This document shows positions 48,335-58,206 of a stretch of 64,000 bases of DNA, piece after piece. Positions within the stretch are counted from its first letter, which is position 1; every line of letters starts with the position of its first letter. A program made the position numbers and the translations under genes. A model generated the notes under the pieces. The model was not told the origin of the DNA, did not search any database, and saw only the letters and a program-made list of their open reading frames with translations. The DNA comes from an uncultured Candidatus Saccharibacteria bacterium. GTDB taxonomy: Bacteria; Patescibacteriota; JAQUNI01. The DNA lies in assembly GCA_964555185.1 (NCBI GenBank), contig CAZKRD010000004.1, forward strand, positions 755 through 64,754. Reading direction: 5' to 3'.

Positions 48335-50551
48335 TCAACTCACAGATCCACATTCTTTATTGCTGCAGACTTCTGTTTTTTCTTTGCCATAGACCATTAG
48401 ACTGCCGCATTCGGGACATTTCTTGCCGGTGGGTTTGCTCCAGAGCGCGAACTCGCATTTAGGATACTGATTGCAGGCATAGAAGGTTCGGCCTTTCTTG
48501 CTGCGCTTTTCGATAATATCTCCCTTTTCACATTTGGGGCAGGTGACGCCAGTCTTCTTTTCAATCGACTTGATGTTTTTACAATCAGGATATCCAGAAC
48601 AACCGAGGAAAGGGCCAAACCGGCCGTGTCGGAGCACCATTGCCTTGCCGCATTTCTCGCATTTCTTGGCACCGATTGCTTTAGCGAGGGTCTTTTCTTC
48701 GCCTAAGGGCTTTGTGTGTTTACATTCTGGAAAACCAGTACAGGCTAAGAATTTGCCAAAGCGGCCGAGTTTGATCACAAGCTTCTTGCCGCACTTGGGG
48801 CATTTTTTGCGGGTTTTGGTTTCGGCAATATCTTTTTTTTGCACTTGTTTTTCTTTTTTCTTTAGGTTTTTAAGAAAGGGGTCATAGAATTCGCGCACGA
48901 CCGGCACCCATTCCTTTTTATTTTGAGCAATCGCGTCTAGGTCATTTTCGATCTTGGCGGTAAATTTGAGATCAACGATCTGGGGGAAATGCCGGACCAA
49001 GACATCGTTGACTACGATTCCGATTTCTTTAGGGTGAAGTTTTTTTTCCTTTTTTTCTACATAACCGCGCGCCTGGATCGTGGAAATGATCGCCGCGTAG
49101 GTGGAGGGGCGGCCAATCCCGTTTGCTTCAAGAGCGCGGACCAGGGTTGCCTCGCCGTAGCGCGCCGGCGGTTCAGTGAAGTGCTGGTTTGGGAGAAGTT
49201 TTTTAAGGTCGACGATCTCGCCCTTTTTTAAAACGGGGAGGATGTTCTCTTTGGTTGAGGACGGATAGACTTTGGTAAAACCGTCAAATTTGACGATCGC
49301 TCCCTCGGCGCGGAAGGTATGGTCGCGAGCCTGTATGTCCACTTTCGTGGAGTCGATAATCGCTTCTTGCATCTGGCAGGCGATCGTCCGTTTCCAGATT
49401 AGTTCGTAGAGCTTATACTGTCTAGCGTCAAGAAAGGGTTTTACTTTTTCGGGGGGCAAGCTTTTTGGTTCAGTGGGGCGGATCGCTTCGTGGGCTTCTT
49501 GCGCGAGCTTTGATTTGGTTTTATAAATGCGAGGGTCCCTGGGCAGGTATTTGGGACCAAATTGTTTTTTGATTTGATTGCGGATCTCTGACACTGCCTT
49601 TTTAGCGAGGTTTGTTGAATCGGTGCGCATATAGGTGATTAAGCCCTCTGCTTCTCCTTTATTAAGCTTGATTCCTTCATAAAGCTTTTGCGCTAAATAC
49701 ATTGTCTGTTTGGTTGAAAACCCTAATGTCCCCGCGGCTGTTTGCTGCAGGGTGGAGGTGGTAAACGGCGGCAAGGGAGATTTTTTGATTTCTTTCCGCT
49801 CAACCTTGCAGACCGTAAAGCGGGCTTTCTTGAGGGACCTCACAATTTCCTGGACCCTCCTTTTGTTTTTAAGCCCCAGTTTTCCTAAAAGCTTCCCATT
49901 CTGTTTGGTAAGGAGGGCGCGGAAGACATCTTCCGTTTTTGGTTTAGCTTTTCTTCTTTTTTGCAGATTTGCTTCCAGGGTCCAGTATTCTTCAGATTTG
50001 AATTTTTTGATTTTCTTTTCACGGTCAACAATCAAGCGCAGGGCGGCTGATTGGACTCGGCCGGCAGAGAGGCCTCTTGCCACTTTGCGCCAAAGAAAAG
50101 GGGAGAGTTTGTACCCGACCAGCCGATCCAAAATTCTTCTGGCCTGCTGGGCGTCAACCAGGTTCATATTAATCTGGCGCGGTTTTTTGAAGGAAGCTAA
50201 AACAGCCCTCCGGGTTATTTCGTGAAAAGCGATTCTTTGGATTTTTTTTGGGTCAAGCTTCAAAGCATAGGTTAAGTGCCAGGAGATCGCTTCGCCCTCG
50301 CGGTCTTCGTCAGTGGCTAGATATATTTCTTTTGACTTGGCGGCTAGATCTTTTAGTTTTTTGACTTGTTTTTTTGCTTCTTCTGGGATTACGTATTCAG
50401 GCTCAAAGTTTTTCCGGGTATTGACCCCTAACCCCTTTTTTGGCAAGTCCCGGATATGGCCATAGGATGATTCGACGCGGAAACTAGAATCCAAAAAGCG
50501 AGAAATTGTATTTGCTTTGGTCGGGGATTCGACAATCACGAGTTTTTTCAT
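48335..50551 (-). CDS. topA: DNA topoisomerase I
   Basis: LVIVESP.KA, DEDREGE, SAGRVQS, ITYMRTD, GIGRPSTY, C-terminal zinc ribbons. Confidence 0.97.
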   Translation of the reverse strand: MKKLVIVESPTKANTISRFLDSSFRVESSYGHIRDLPKKGLGVNTRKNFEPEYVIPEEAKKQVKKLKDLAAKSKEIYLATDEDREGEAISWHLTYALKLDPKKIQRIAFHEITRRAVLASFKKPRQINMNLVDAQQARRILDRLVGYKLSPFLWRKVARGLSAGRVQSAALRLIVDREKKIKKFKSEEYWTLEANLQKRRKAKPKTEDVFRALLTKQNGKLLGKLGLKNKRRVQEIVRSLKKARFTVCKVERKEIKKSPLPPFTTSTLQQTAAGTLGFSTKQTMYLAQKLYEGIKLNKGEAEGLITYMRTDSTNLAKKAVSEIRNQIKKQFGPKYLPRDPRIYKTKSKLAQEAHEAIRPTEPKSLPPEKVKPFLDARQYKLYELIWKRTIACQMQEAIIDSTKVDIQARDHTFRAEGAIVKFDGFTKVYPSSTKENILPVLKKGEIVDLKKLLPNQHFTEPPARYGEATLVRALEANGIGRPSTYAAIISTIQARGYVEKKEKKLHPKEIGIVVNDVLVRHFPQIVDLKFTAKIENDLDAIAQNKKEWVPVVREFYDPFLKNLKKKEKQVQKKDIAETKTRKKCPKCGKKLVIKLGRFGKFLACTGFPECKHTKPLGEEKTLAKAIGAKKCEKCGKAMVLRHGRFGPFLGCSGYPDCKNIKSIEKKTGVTCPKCEKGDIIEKRSKKGRTFYACNQYPKCEFALWSKPTGKKCPECGSLMVYGKEKTEVCSNKECGSVS

Positions 50552-51654
50552 AAATTCGTTAACTGATTAATGATATAGTTTCCTGACCCAACATTGCGGA
50601 CCATACCTTTCATTTCTAGGAGTGTCAAGATTGTGGATACTTGCCCGGAACTAAATTTACCCTTCCTGATTACTTCGTTGATATGGGTTGGTTCTTGGGA
50701 GAGATATTTTAAAATTATGGCCTCTTCTTGGGTGGCGCTCGGCTTTTGGATTGTTTTGGAAGTTTTTAAAGAGAGGTTTAGATTGAGCTCGTCTAGGATG
50801 TCTTGGGTGTCTGATACCAATTTTGCGCCCATTTTAATCAGGTTGTTGGTGCCGCGGGAATAGGGATTATAGATTGAGCCCGGGATCGCGAAAATGTCGC
50901 GATTCTGATCCAAGGCGGCGCGGGCAGTGATCGAAGTCCCGCTTCTTTCCGCCGCCTCAATGACCAGGAGGCCGCGGGACAAGCCGGCGATGATCCGGTT
51001 GCGCTGGGGAAAGTTTTGTTTTCGGGCCGGGGCGCCGGGAGGATATTCCGAGATTAAGGCGCCGCCGTGTCCTAAAATTCTTTGGGCCAACTTAAAGTTA
51101 GTGCGCGGATAGATTGACTGATCATCAATGCCGCTTCCTAAAACAGCGATCGTGTGGCCGGCAAAGGAAAGACAGGCCTGATGGGCGAGGGCGTCAATGC
51201 CCAGGGCGAGACCGGAGACAATGCTGATTTTGATTTGGGAGAGGAGTCCGACGATTTGGAAGGTTACCTGCCGTCCGTAGCTGGTCGGCTTCCGCGTGCC
51301 GACCACGCTTAGATAGATATTGCCGGGTTTCTTGATTTCTCCTTTTAAATACAAGAGGGCGGGCGGGTCGTAAATTTCTTTCAAACTTTTTGGATACTTT
51401 TTGTTTTGAATCGTAATGATCTTGATTCCTTGTTGTCGAACCTTCTGGAGTGCTTCTGCGGGATTAATTCCAGAACGTGCGGATATGATTTGTCTTGCTT
51501 CTTTTTCTTCTAGCCCTGCCCGCTTGAGTTCCAAGAGAGGAGCAAACCAGGCTTGTTCTAAATCGGGGAAATAAGAGAGCAATTTTTTGAAACAAAGAGG
51601 GCCCACACCGGGGATGAGGTTAAAACCGTGGTAATATTGGCTGACAGATTCCAT
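50548..51654 (-). CDS. dprA: DNA-processing protein DprA
   Basis: YP..L.EI.DPP, VGTR, VSGLALGID..AH, FP.RNRII.GLS; ATG at 51654. Confidence 0.95.
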   Translation of the reverse strand: MESVSQYYHGFNLIPGVGPLCFKKLLSYFPDLEQAWFAPLLELKRAGLEEKEARQIISARSGINPAEALQKVRQQGIKIITIQNKKYPKSLKEIYDPPALLYLKGEIKKPGNIYLSVVGTRKPTSYGRQVTFQIVGLLSQIKISIVSGLALGIDALAHQACLSFAGHTIAVLGSGIDDQSIYPRTNFKLAQRILGHGGALISEYPPGAPARKQNFPQRNRIIAGLSRGLLVIEAAERSGTSITARAALDQNRDIFAIPGSIYNPYSRGTNNLIKMGAKLVSDTQDILDELNLNLSLKTSKTIQKPSATQEEAIILKYLSQEPTHINEVIRKGKFSSGQVSTILTLLEMKGMVRNVGSGNYIINQLTNL

Positions 51655-51710
51655 GGCTTTTTGACAATTAAGGGAGGGGGGTGGCAAGATAGCGGCTCGG
51701 TGACGTTTTT

Positions 51711-54700
51711 TTAGTTGGCCAGTATTTTAAGATTTTGTTTTAATTTTTTAAGCCAATTCTTACCTAAGGAAGAAAAATCAATTTTGAGCCGGCAAGGGCC
51801 TTCGGTTTCGCTGATGATCCAGGCGGGGTTTGTCTTAAAGAGTTGATCCAAAGTATTGCTTTCCGGTGTTTCTACAAAATCCAGGACGATCCTTTTTCTG
51901 GATTGATGATCCAAGCCAAAGACGTTAATCGTGTCAATTGTTTTAATTCTTGCTCTCCGGGCAAGGATTTTTATTTTTAAAATCTCAAAAAGATTTTTAA
52001 ATTCCAGGGGCAGAAGACCGTACTTGCCTTCAATTTTATTTTTGAGGCGGCGGATTTCCGGGAAATTTTTTGCTCGGCTCAAGCAATGGTAGGCAGTGAG
52101 TCTTTTTTTCTCGCTTGAAATAAAAGAAGGAGGAATCCGAGCGGGAAGCGGCAGATCAATGCTTACTTCCAAGACGGGTTTTGCCTTTTTGCCGGTAGTA
52201 AGTTCGGAAATTGTCTGTTTGAGCAGTTCGGTATAGAGGTGGAGACCCACGGAATTGACACTGCCAGACTGTTTGCGGCCCAGGATATTGCCGGCGCCGC
52301 GTATTTCAAGATCGCGCAGAGCGATATTGAAGCCGGAGCCAAGGCCTTGCAGGGCGAGCAGGGCAGAGAGCCGCTCCCGGGCGTTAGCAGGAAGTTTTTC
52401 TCTTTGATAGAGGAGATAAGCGTAGGCCTGGCGTGTTCCTCGGCCAATTCGGCCCCGGATCTGATAGAGCTGGGAGAGGCCAAAATTGGGGCTGTTGTGG
52501 ACAATCAAGGTATTAACATTGGGCAGGTCCAGCCCGTTTTCAATGATCGTGGTGGCGACCAGAATGTCAATCCGGCCTTGATCGAATTCGTGCATCACCG
52601 AAGAGAGGTCATGATCAGACAGTCTGCCGTGGGCAATGTCAATTCGCGCCCGCGGCGCTAATTTCTGGATTTTTTTAGCCTGGGCGAGAATAGTTTCTAC
52701 TTTGTTGTAAAGGTAGTAGACTTGGCCTTTTCGTTTCAGTTCAAAATCGATTGCTTTTTTTATAATATCATCTTTGCGCAATTTAACATATGTTTTGACC
52801 GACTTCCGGCCCGCGGGGGGAGTTTTAATTGGGCTGACTTCCCGCAAACCAGAGAGGGCCAAATGGAGGGTGCGGGGGATCGGGGTGGCGGAAAGGGTTA
52901 GGATGTCCAGATTGGCGCGCAGCTGTTTTAGTTTTTCTTTATGGCGGACGCCGAATCTCTGTTCTTCGTCAATAATCAGGAGGCCTAGGTTTTCGAAGTT
53001 AACATCGCGCGAGAGGAGACGGTGAGTGCCGATTATGATCTCTATTTTGCCTTGGGAAAGTTTTTTGACAATTCTTTTTTGTTCTGATTTTGACTGGAAG
53101 CGGCTCAAAAGTTCAATTTTAGAGGAGAATTTTTTGAATCTTTCTCGGAAGGTGCCTAGGTGTTGCTGGGCGAGAATGGTGGTCGGCGCGAGGAGACAAA
53201 CCTGTTTCCCGTTATTCAGCGCTTTGAAGGCCGCGCGCATCGCGATTTCGGTTTTACCAAAGCCGACATCGCCGCAAATCAAGCGGTCCATCGGTTTATC
53301 GCTTTCCATATCTTTTTTAACCTTTTGGATCGCCTTTTCTTGGTCAGGGGTTTCCGGGTAGGGAAAGGAATTTTCAAATTTTCTCTGGGCAGGGGTATCT
53401 ACTCCAAAGACGAAGCCTTTTTGGGTTTGGCGCTTGGCCTGGATTTTAAGCAATTCCTCGGCCATTTTTTTCGCGTCTTCTTCGACCTGTCTTTTGATTT
53501 GGTGCCAGAGGGCTCCGTGCAGGCGGTGGATCGGGGGATTAGCCCGCCCCAGATAGCGGGCGATCCGGTCAGCTTGATCAATCGGCAGAAAGAGTTTGTC
53601 GCCTTGGGCGTATTCAAGCAAGTAATATTCCCGCGTGATTCCGTTAATTTCCTTTTGGACCATGCCGCGGAACAGGCCGATGCCGTGATTGAGGTGGACT
53701 ACGTGCATCCCCGAGACAAGGCCGGCGATAAATTCGTAATCAATCTGGTAGCGCGGCTGGCGGGATGACCGGCGCCAATGCCCAAAGATTTCCGTGTCGG
53801 TGAGGACCAGGACTTTTGCTTGGTCATTTTGGAAACCTCTTTGGAGTTTAATCGGTATCAAGGAGCAGTCGGTTTTGAGATTTTCTTTTTTAAGTTTTTT
53901 TGTGGAGACAAAGATCCTGTATTTATTTTTTTTAAAGCGGCGGATCGCTGTCCAGAATTTGTCTTGATTGCCAAAAAAGAGAGGAGGATTTTTAAACTGA
54001 AATTCGCGGCTGTTTTTCGTTTTTGGCGGGCTTGTCCGCCGAAGCCTATTGAGCGAAGGCGGAAAGGCCTGGAAAATAATTAAATTCTGCTTCAATTTAT
54101 TTTTTAAAAGGTTTTCTGGTTCGTTAAGGATTACTCTTGCTTGAGGAGCGAGCCAGTCCAAAATACTGCCTTGCGGCTTTTTGATCCTTGCCGGGAGAAT
54201 GGTTATTCTATTGTTCCATTTTTTCCCCGCGGGCTTGTGAAGCGAACCTTTTAGGGCTTCATTGTTGTTTTTTGGGGACCTGATTGTTTCGACTTTGTTG
54301 CCAAACAGTTCAATCCAAATACAGTGTTTTTGGAAGAAAGGGAAGATCTCCAAGATATTTCCCCGGCGGGCAAAGTTGCCTGGGATAAGCGCCCTTTTTT
54401 CTTTTTGGTAGCCAGCACTCAAAAGGAAGCCAATCAATTTTGGCAGATTAATTTTTTCTCCTTTTTCAAGGACCAATCCTGCTTTTTCCAATTCTTGAGG
54501 CGCGGGCAGTTTTACCTCCAGAATTTTAATCGGCGCCACGATCAGGCAGTTTTGATTTTCTTTTAGGAGCGATAATAGGGATAATCCCTCTCTGCCTGTT
54601 GTTAGCTCTGGAATCAGTTTCAGAATTTGCTTTTGTCTTTTTTGAGCCGTATTTTCAAGCCAGAATTTAATTCGCTTAAACCAAATTCTTGGATTTTTGA

Positions 54701-54800
54701 CTAATAGAAGAGAAGCCCCTTGCCAAAAGAGGGGGGAGTGGATCAAGAGCCAGGGTTTTGCTTCTTCCGGGACCAAGGCCAAGTATCTAGTTTTAGCCAA
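51711..54800 (-). CDS. mfd: Transcription-repair coupling factor
   Basis: VVH..HGIG.F, GDVGFGKTE, DEEQRFGV, SATPIPRTL, Q.RGR.GR, DLEIRGAGNILG; N-terminus degenerate and start uncertain. Confidence 0.93.
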   Translation of the reverse strand: MAKTRYLALVPEEAKPWLLIHSPLFWQGASLLLVKNPRIWFKRIKFWLENTAQKRQKQILKLIPELTTGREGLSLLSLLKENQNCLIVAPIKILEVKLPAPQELEKAGLVLEKGEKINLPKLIGFLLSAGYQKEKRALIPGNFARRGNILEIFPFFQKHCIWIELFGNKVETIRSPKNNNEALKGSLHKPAGKKWNNRITILPARIKKPQGSILDWLAPQARVILNEPENLLKNKLKQNLIIFQAFPPSLNRLRRTSPPKTKNSREFQFKNPPLFFGNQDKFWTAIRRFKKNKYRIFVSTKKLKKENLKTDCSLIPIKLQRGFQNDQAKVLVLTDTEIFGHWRRSSRQPRYQIDYEFIAGLVSGMHVVHLNHGIGLFRGMVQKEINGITREYYLLEYAQGDKLFLPIDQADRIARYLGRANPPIHRLHGALWHQIKRQVEEDAKKMAEELLKIQAKRQTQKGFVFGVDTPAQRKFENSFPYPETPDQEKAIQKVKKDMESDKPMDRLICGDVGFGKTEIAMRAAFKALNNGKQVCLLAPTTILAQQHLGTFRERFKKFSSKIELLSRFQSKSEQKRIVKKLSQGKIEIIIGTHRLLSRDVNFENLGLLIIDEEQRFGVRHKEKLKQLRANLDILTLSATPIPRTLHLALSGLREVSPIKTPPAGRKSVKTYVKLRKDDIIKKAIDFELKRKGQVYYLYNKVETILAQAKKIQKLAPRARIDIAHGRLSDHDLSSVMHEFDQGRIDILVATTIIENGLDLPNVNTLIVHNSPNFGLSQLYQIRGRIGRGTRQAYAYLLYQREKLPANARERLSALLALQGLGSGFNIALRDLEIRGAGNILGRKQSGSVNSVGLHLYTELLKQTISELTTGKKAKPVLEVSIDLPLPARIPPSFISSEKKRLTAYHCLSRAKNFPEIRRLKNKIEGKYGLLPLEFKNLFEILKIKILARRARIKTIDTINVFGLDHQSRKRIVLDFVETPESNTLDQLFKTNPAWIISETEGPCRLKIDFSSLGKNWLKKLKQNLKILAN

Positions 54801-54810
54801 ATTTATTGCT

Positions 54811-54845
54811 TGGGGTCCCCGGAAAATCGAAGATTTTTTGGGGTA
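54811..54845. repeat. 35-bp palindromic dispersed repeat, copy 2
   Basis: TGGGGTCCCCGGAAAATCGAAGATTTTTTGGGGTA. Confidence 0.8.
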
Positions 54846-54850
54846 CTTGA

Positions 54851-54879
54851 TTGACAGGGCTTTCTCCTTATGCTAAGCT
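54851..54879 (+). promoter_or_regulatory. Sigma70-type promoter antisense to pth-mfd
   Basis: TTGACA-17 nt-TAAGCT with an extended -10 TG. Confidence 0.6.
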
Positions 54880-54885
54880 TATTCG

Positions 54886-55059
54886 ATTTGCCGCTATATC
54901 GGGAATTATATATTCTTTACTATCCCGCTTGCAAGTGGTGAAAGTAGAAAGCCAATCCCTCCTTAGACTTTTTACGAGTAACTGTCAACATAAAGTTCGG
55001 GTCCTCGTGACTTTCTGAATTTTAGACTTACAAGTGGGATAGTGGAGGATATTTTTTTT
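54886..55059 (+). ncRNA. Candidate rod-shaped ncRNA (6S-like architecture, unverified)
   Basis: 27-bp closing stem 54910-54936/55026-55052 with four G-U pairs on the + strand, inner stems, upstream promoter and a terminal T run. Confidence 0.5.
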
Positions 55060-55142
55060 AATTTCCAATGACCAATTTCCAATTTTCAAATAACAAGAAG
55101 CTTGGTTATTGATTGGAAATTGGGATTTGGAAATTGAAAATT
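55060..55142. repeat. Heptamer inverted-arm element (AATTTCC family) overlapping the pth 3' end
   Basis: AATTTCC AATGACC AATTTCC AATTTTC facing TTGGAAA TTGGGAT TTGGAAA TTGAAAA. Confidence 0.75.
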
Positions 55143-55645
55143 AACTCCCCCAGGGCTTCCTGGGTTGTTTTTTTTATTTTAATTTTTTCGTTGAAGGGCA
55201 GTTTTTGGAGAACAAATTTCTCGGTTGGTATCCTGCTTGGGGTTTCGGGCTTGATTCCTATCCGCAGGCGGTGAAAGGCGTGGGTGCCCAGCGAGTCTAT
55301 AATCGATTGGACGCCCTTATGCCCGGCAGAGCTTATGTTTTTTTGAATTTTGAATTTACCTGAACTGATGTCAATGTCGTCGTGGATTACCCAGAGGTTT
55401 TCCGGTTTCAGTTTATAGAAGTTGACCAGGGCAGCGACACTTTGGCCGGAGTTGTTCATATAGGTTTGGGGTTTTGCTAGAATCAGGTTATCTTTTTTAG
55501 AGATTTTGGCTTTAAATTTTTTTCGGACCGTAAAAGCAGGGAAGTCTAATTTTTTTTTGAGCGCCTGGACTACAAAAAAACCGACATTATGTCGACTCGC
55601 TTTGTATTTTCCCCCAGGGTTGCCAAGTCCTACGATTAAGTCCAT
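55106..55645 (-). CDS. pth: Peptidyl-tRNA hydrolase
   Basis: LIVGLGNPG..Y...RHNVGF, KPQTYMN.SG, HDD.D, GH.G..S, RLRIGI; ATG at 55645. Confidence 0.95.
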   Translation of the reverse strand: MDLIVGLGNPGGKYKASRHNVGFFVVQALKKKLDFPAFTVRKKFKAKISKKDNLILAKPQTYMNNSGQSVAALVNFYKLKPENLWVIHDDIDISSGKFKIQKNISSAGHKGVQSIIDSLGTHAFHRLRIGIKPETPSRIPTEKFVLQKLPFNEKIKIKKTTQEALGELIFNFQIPISNQ

Positions 55646-55658
55646 AGGTTTTTGTTTT

Positions 55659-57122
55659 TTAGAGTTCCTGGTCATAACCCAAAACAATCACAAAGTCGGC
55701 TTCATCTCCCGGTCCGGCTTCTGATTGATCAAGAAAGAAGTTTTTTCCTGCCGATACGTTAGCGTCTAGTTCTGTCTTGAGGTCCTTCAAGGCCTCCTCT
55801 TTGCTTCCTTCGGTGTGATCAAAGATTACGGTTTTTTCATAGTCATGGGAATCAGCATTCAGAACCCCTACTATTTGATAGCCCTCCGCTTCTAGCTCTA
55901 AAGCCACCTTGTCGGCTAAACCGACGATGTCAGTTCCATTCCTTACTTGAATTTTGACTTTGTCGTCGTCTGGTTCTTTCCCAACTGCTTTAGTAGCTTG
56001 GTTCTGGTTTTCCGAATTAAAAATATTTTGGGCCAGACTTTGGATTTCCTCAAAATTACCGGCCCGCGGCACGAGAATAGAAGCTCCTGCATTACTGCGA
56101 GAGGCAACCAAGAGGCCGTCCGGACTATCGTCTAAAACCCTGTTCTTGATTTTATCCAGTTCGATCTGCTTAGAGAGCTGGATCAGTTCTTTGGCTTTGC
56201 CCAAATCCAAATTTGTGATTAAATGGTTCCCCATTGAATCAATCAGTTTAGCAAGCTTCAAAGGATTTAGGATCGTGCCAATAGAAAAGATTTTGTCTTT
56301 AGTTGCGGCTAAGACTTTCTGCTGTCGTCTGCTGCGAGCGAAATCAGAGCCCTCGCCATTGGTTCCGTGCCTGGAGCGGACGAACTTTAAAGCTTTGTCG
56401 CCGTCCATATGCTGCGGTCCAGCTTGAAAGGAAATGGTTTGATATTCATAGTCCCAGGTGGGATAGAGATAATCAGTGAAGGGCTGATCTACGACTAGAT
56501 CAATCCCGCCGATGGTGTCAATCGCTTGCTCAAAGCCGGTAAAGTCCACAAGCAGATAGTAGTCAATCGGGATACCGGCTATCTTCTCGACGGTTTGACT
56601 TAAAAGGCGGGATCCGCCCTCTCGCGAATTTTCTCTTAAACCATAAGCATAGGTGGCGTTTATTTTCATTTGGCCGTAGTTCGCGGTCTCAATCCAAAGA
56701 TCACGTGGAATTGAGAGCATAGCCACTTCCTTGGTTTGGGGCTTGAGACTCAAGATCATAATCGTGTCTGCCAGGAAAGGCCCGCCGCCCTGATCTTTAT
56801 TATGGCCAACGCCGCGGATGCCGATTAGGAGGATATCGATCCTTTCTTCTTGGTTTAAGATTTCTTCTTCCGACAAGATCAATCTTTTGATCTGGTTCAG
56901 AATAGAATTTTCGTCTTTGCCTAAGAATATTTTTTTGCTGGCGGAAAAAATTCGATAAGAGAAGAGGATGCCCCCAACGACAATAATAATTCCTAAGATT
57001 AAGAGCACCTTTCTAAACCAATGTGTTTTAGGCTTTTCCGGCCTTTGCTCTATTGGATCTTCTAGGTCGGGAGGGGTCAGTTCCAAATTGTTGTTGTGAT
57101 AAGTCTGGTAAAAATTTTTCAT
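55659..57122 (-). CDS. LCP (LytR-CpsA-Psr) family protein with LytR C-terminal domain
   Basis: DTIM, SIPRD, KIN, F.RSR, SDF.R..RQQ, V.NGT...GLA. Confidence 0.9.
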   Translation of the reverse strand: MKNFYQTYHNNNLELTPPDLEDPIEQRPEKPKTHWFRKVLLILGIIIVVGGILFSYRIFSASKKIFLGKDENSILNQIKRLILSEEEILNQEERIDILLIGIRGVGHNKDQGGGPFLADTIMILSLKPQTKEVAMLSIPRDLWIETANYGQMKINATYAYGLRENSREGGSRLLSQTVEKIAGIPIDYYLLVDFTGFEQAIDTIGGIDLVVDQPFTDYLYPTWDYEYQTISFQAGPQHMDGDKALKFVRSRHGTNGEGSDFARSRRQQKVLAATKDKIFSIGTILNPLKLAKLIDSMGNHLITNLDLGKAKELIQLSKQIELDKIKNRVLDDSPDGLLVASRSNAGASILVPRAGNFEEIQSLAQNIFNSENQNQATKAVGKEPDDDKVKIQVRNGTDIVGLADKVALELEAEGYQIVGVLNADSHDYEKTVIFDHTEGSKEEALKDLKTELDANVSAGKNFFLDQSEAGPGDEADFVIVLGYDQEL

Positions 57123-57136
57123 ACACCAAAGATTTG

Positions 57137-57345
57137 AATTACCAATTTACATAATTACCAATTTACAAGTACCAATTTTCAATCAAATCCCAATTTTCAA
57201 TGATTTAATTTTCAAACCTGCGAAAATTGTTTTGTTTGAAAATTTATTCATTGGTTATTGAAAATTGGTACTTGTAAATTGAAAATTGATTAGTACATTG
57301 GTACTTGAAAATTGAAAATTGATTAGTACATTGGTACTTGAAAAT
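57137..57345. mobile_element. Empty heptamer inverted-arm element; close relative of 20573-20749
   Basis: Shares ATTACCAATTTACAAG.ACCAAT.TTCAATCAAATCCCAATTTTCAA and GAAAATTGATTAGTACATTGGTACTTGAAAAT with 20573-20749. Confidence 0.8.
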
Positions 57346-57546
57346 ATTGTTCAATATCTTTCGATATCTAATGATATCTTAATATCTTACAGATGTATTA
57401 TATAAGATGAGGATAAGGCGAGTCAAGGCGGACAGGCCTGCCTTCGCTCACGAGCTTCGGCGGGCAAGCAGAATGCTTTTTTGCTTTTCCATATTGTTTA
57501 TGTTATAATTCAAATGCAAAATTATCTAAATCACAAAGCATACTAA

Positions 57547-58155
57547 ATGTCTCAAGCAGAAGAACAAGGACTGGAAAAAAGGGGTTTAGTTTGGAGACTA
57601 GGGCGTTTTATTTGGGAAATTACCAAAGTTGTGGCAATATCTTTGGCGATTGTTCTGCCGGTCCGTTATTTTTTGATTCAGCCATTTTTTGTGAAGGGCG
57701 CTTCAATGGAGCCCAATTTTGAAGATGGTGAATACCTGATTGTTGACGAATTAAGTTATAATCTGGGGAGCCCGGAACGGGGAGAGGTAGTCGTGTTTCG
57801 TTACCCCAAGGAGCCCTCCCAGTATTATATCAAGAGGATTATCGGTTTGCCGGGCGAACGAATTAAGATTTCCGGCGGTCAGATAACAATTTTCAATTCT
57901 CTTCACCCAGACGGCTTTGTCTTGAATGAATCTGATTATTTGTACAACTTGTCCCGTACACCAGGCAGTATTGATCTTATGCTGGGAGCGGGCGAATATT
58001 TTGTTTTAGGAGACAACAGAGGGGCAAGTTCAGATTCGCGGGTTTTCGGCCCGGTAAATAAAGATGATATAATTGGCCGGGCTTGGATTCGGGCTTGGCC
58101 CGCCAATAGAATCACTAAGTTTGATTACCCCAGCTTCTTGCAGGATTTAAAGTAG
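57547..58155 (+). CDS. lepB: Signal peptidase I
   Basis: V.G.SM.P, YIKRIIGLPG, GDNR..S.DSR.FG. Confidence 0.96.
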   Translation: MSQAEEQGLEKRGLVWRLGRFIWEITKVVAISLAIVLPVRYFLIQPFFVKGASMEPNFEDGEYLIVDELSYNLGSPERGEVVVFRYPKEPSQYYIKRIIGLPGERIKISGGQITIFNSLHPDGFVLNESDYLYNLSRTPGSIDLMLGAGEYFVLGDNRGASSDSRVFGPVNKDDIIGRAWIRAWPANRITKFDYPSFLQDLK

Positions 58156-58206
58156 AAATTTTAATTATAACTTTGAACTTTGAACTTTTAACTTTGCACT
58201 AAACTC

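Noticed and set aside
48397-54566. Short overlapping or antisense ORFs in the ORF track, here and throughout the window
   Set aside because: They are shadows of well-supported genes and have no recognisable motifs.
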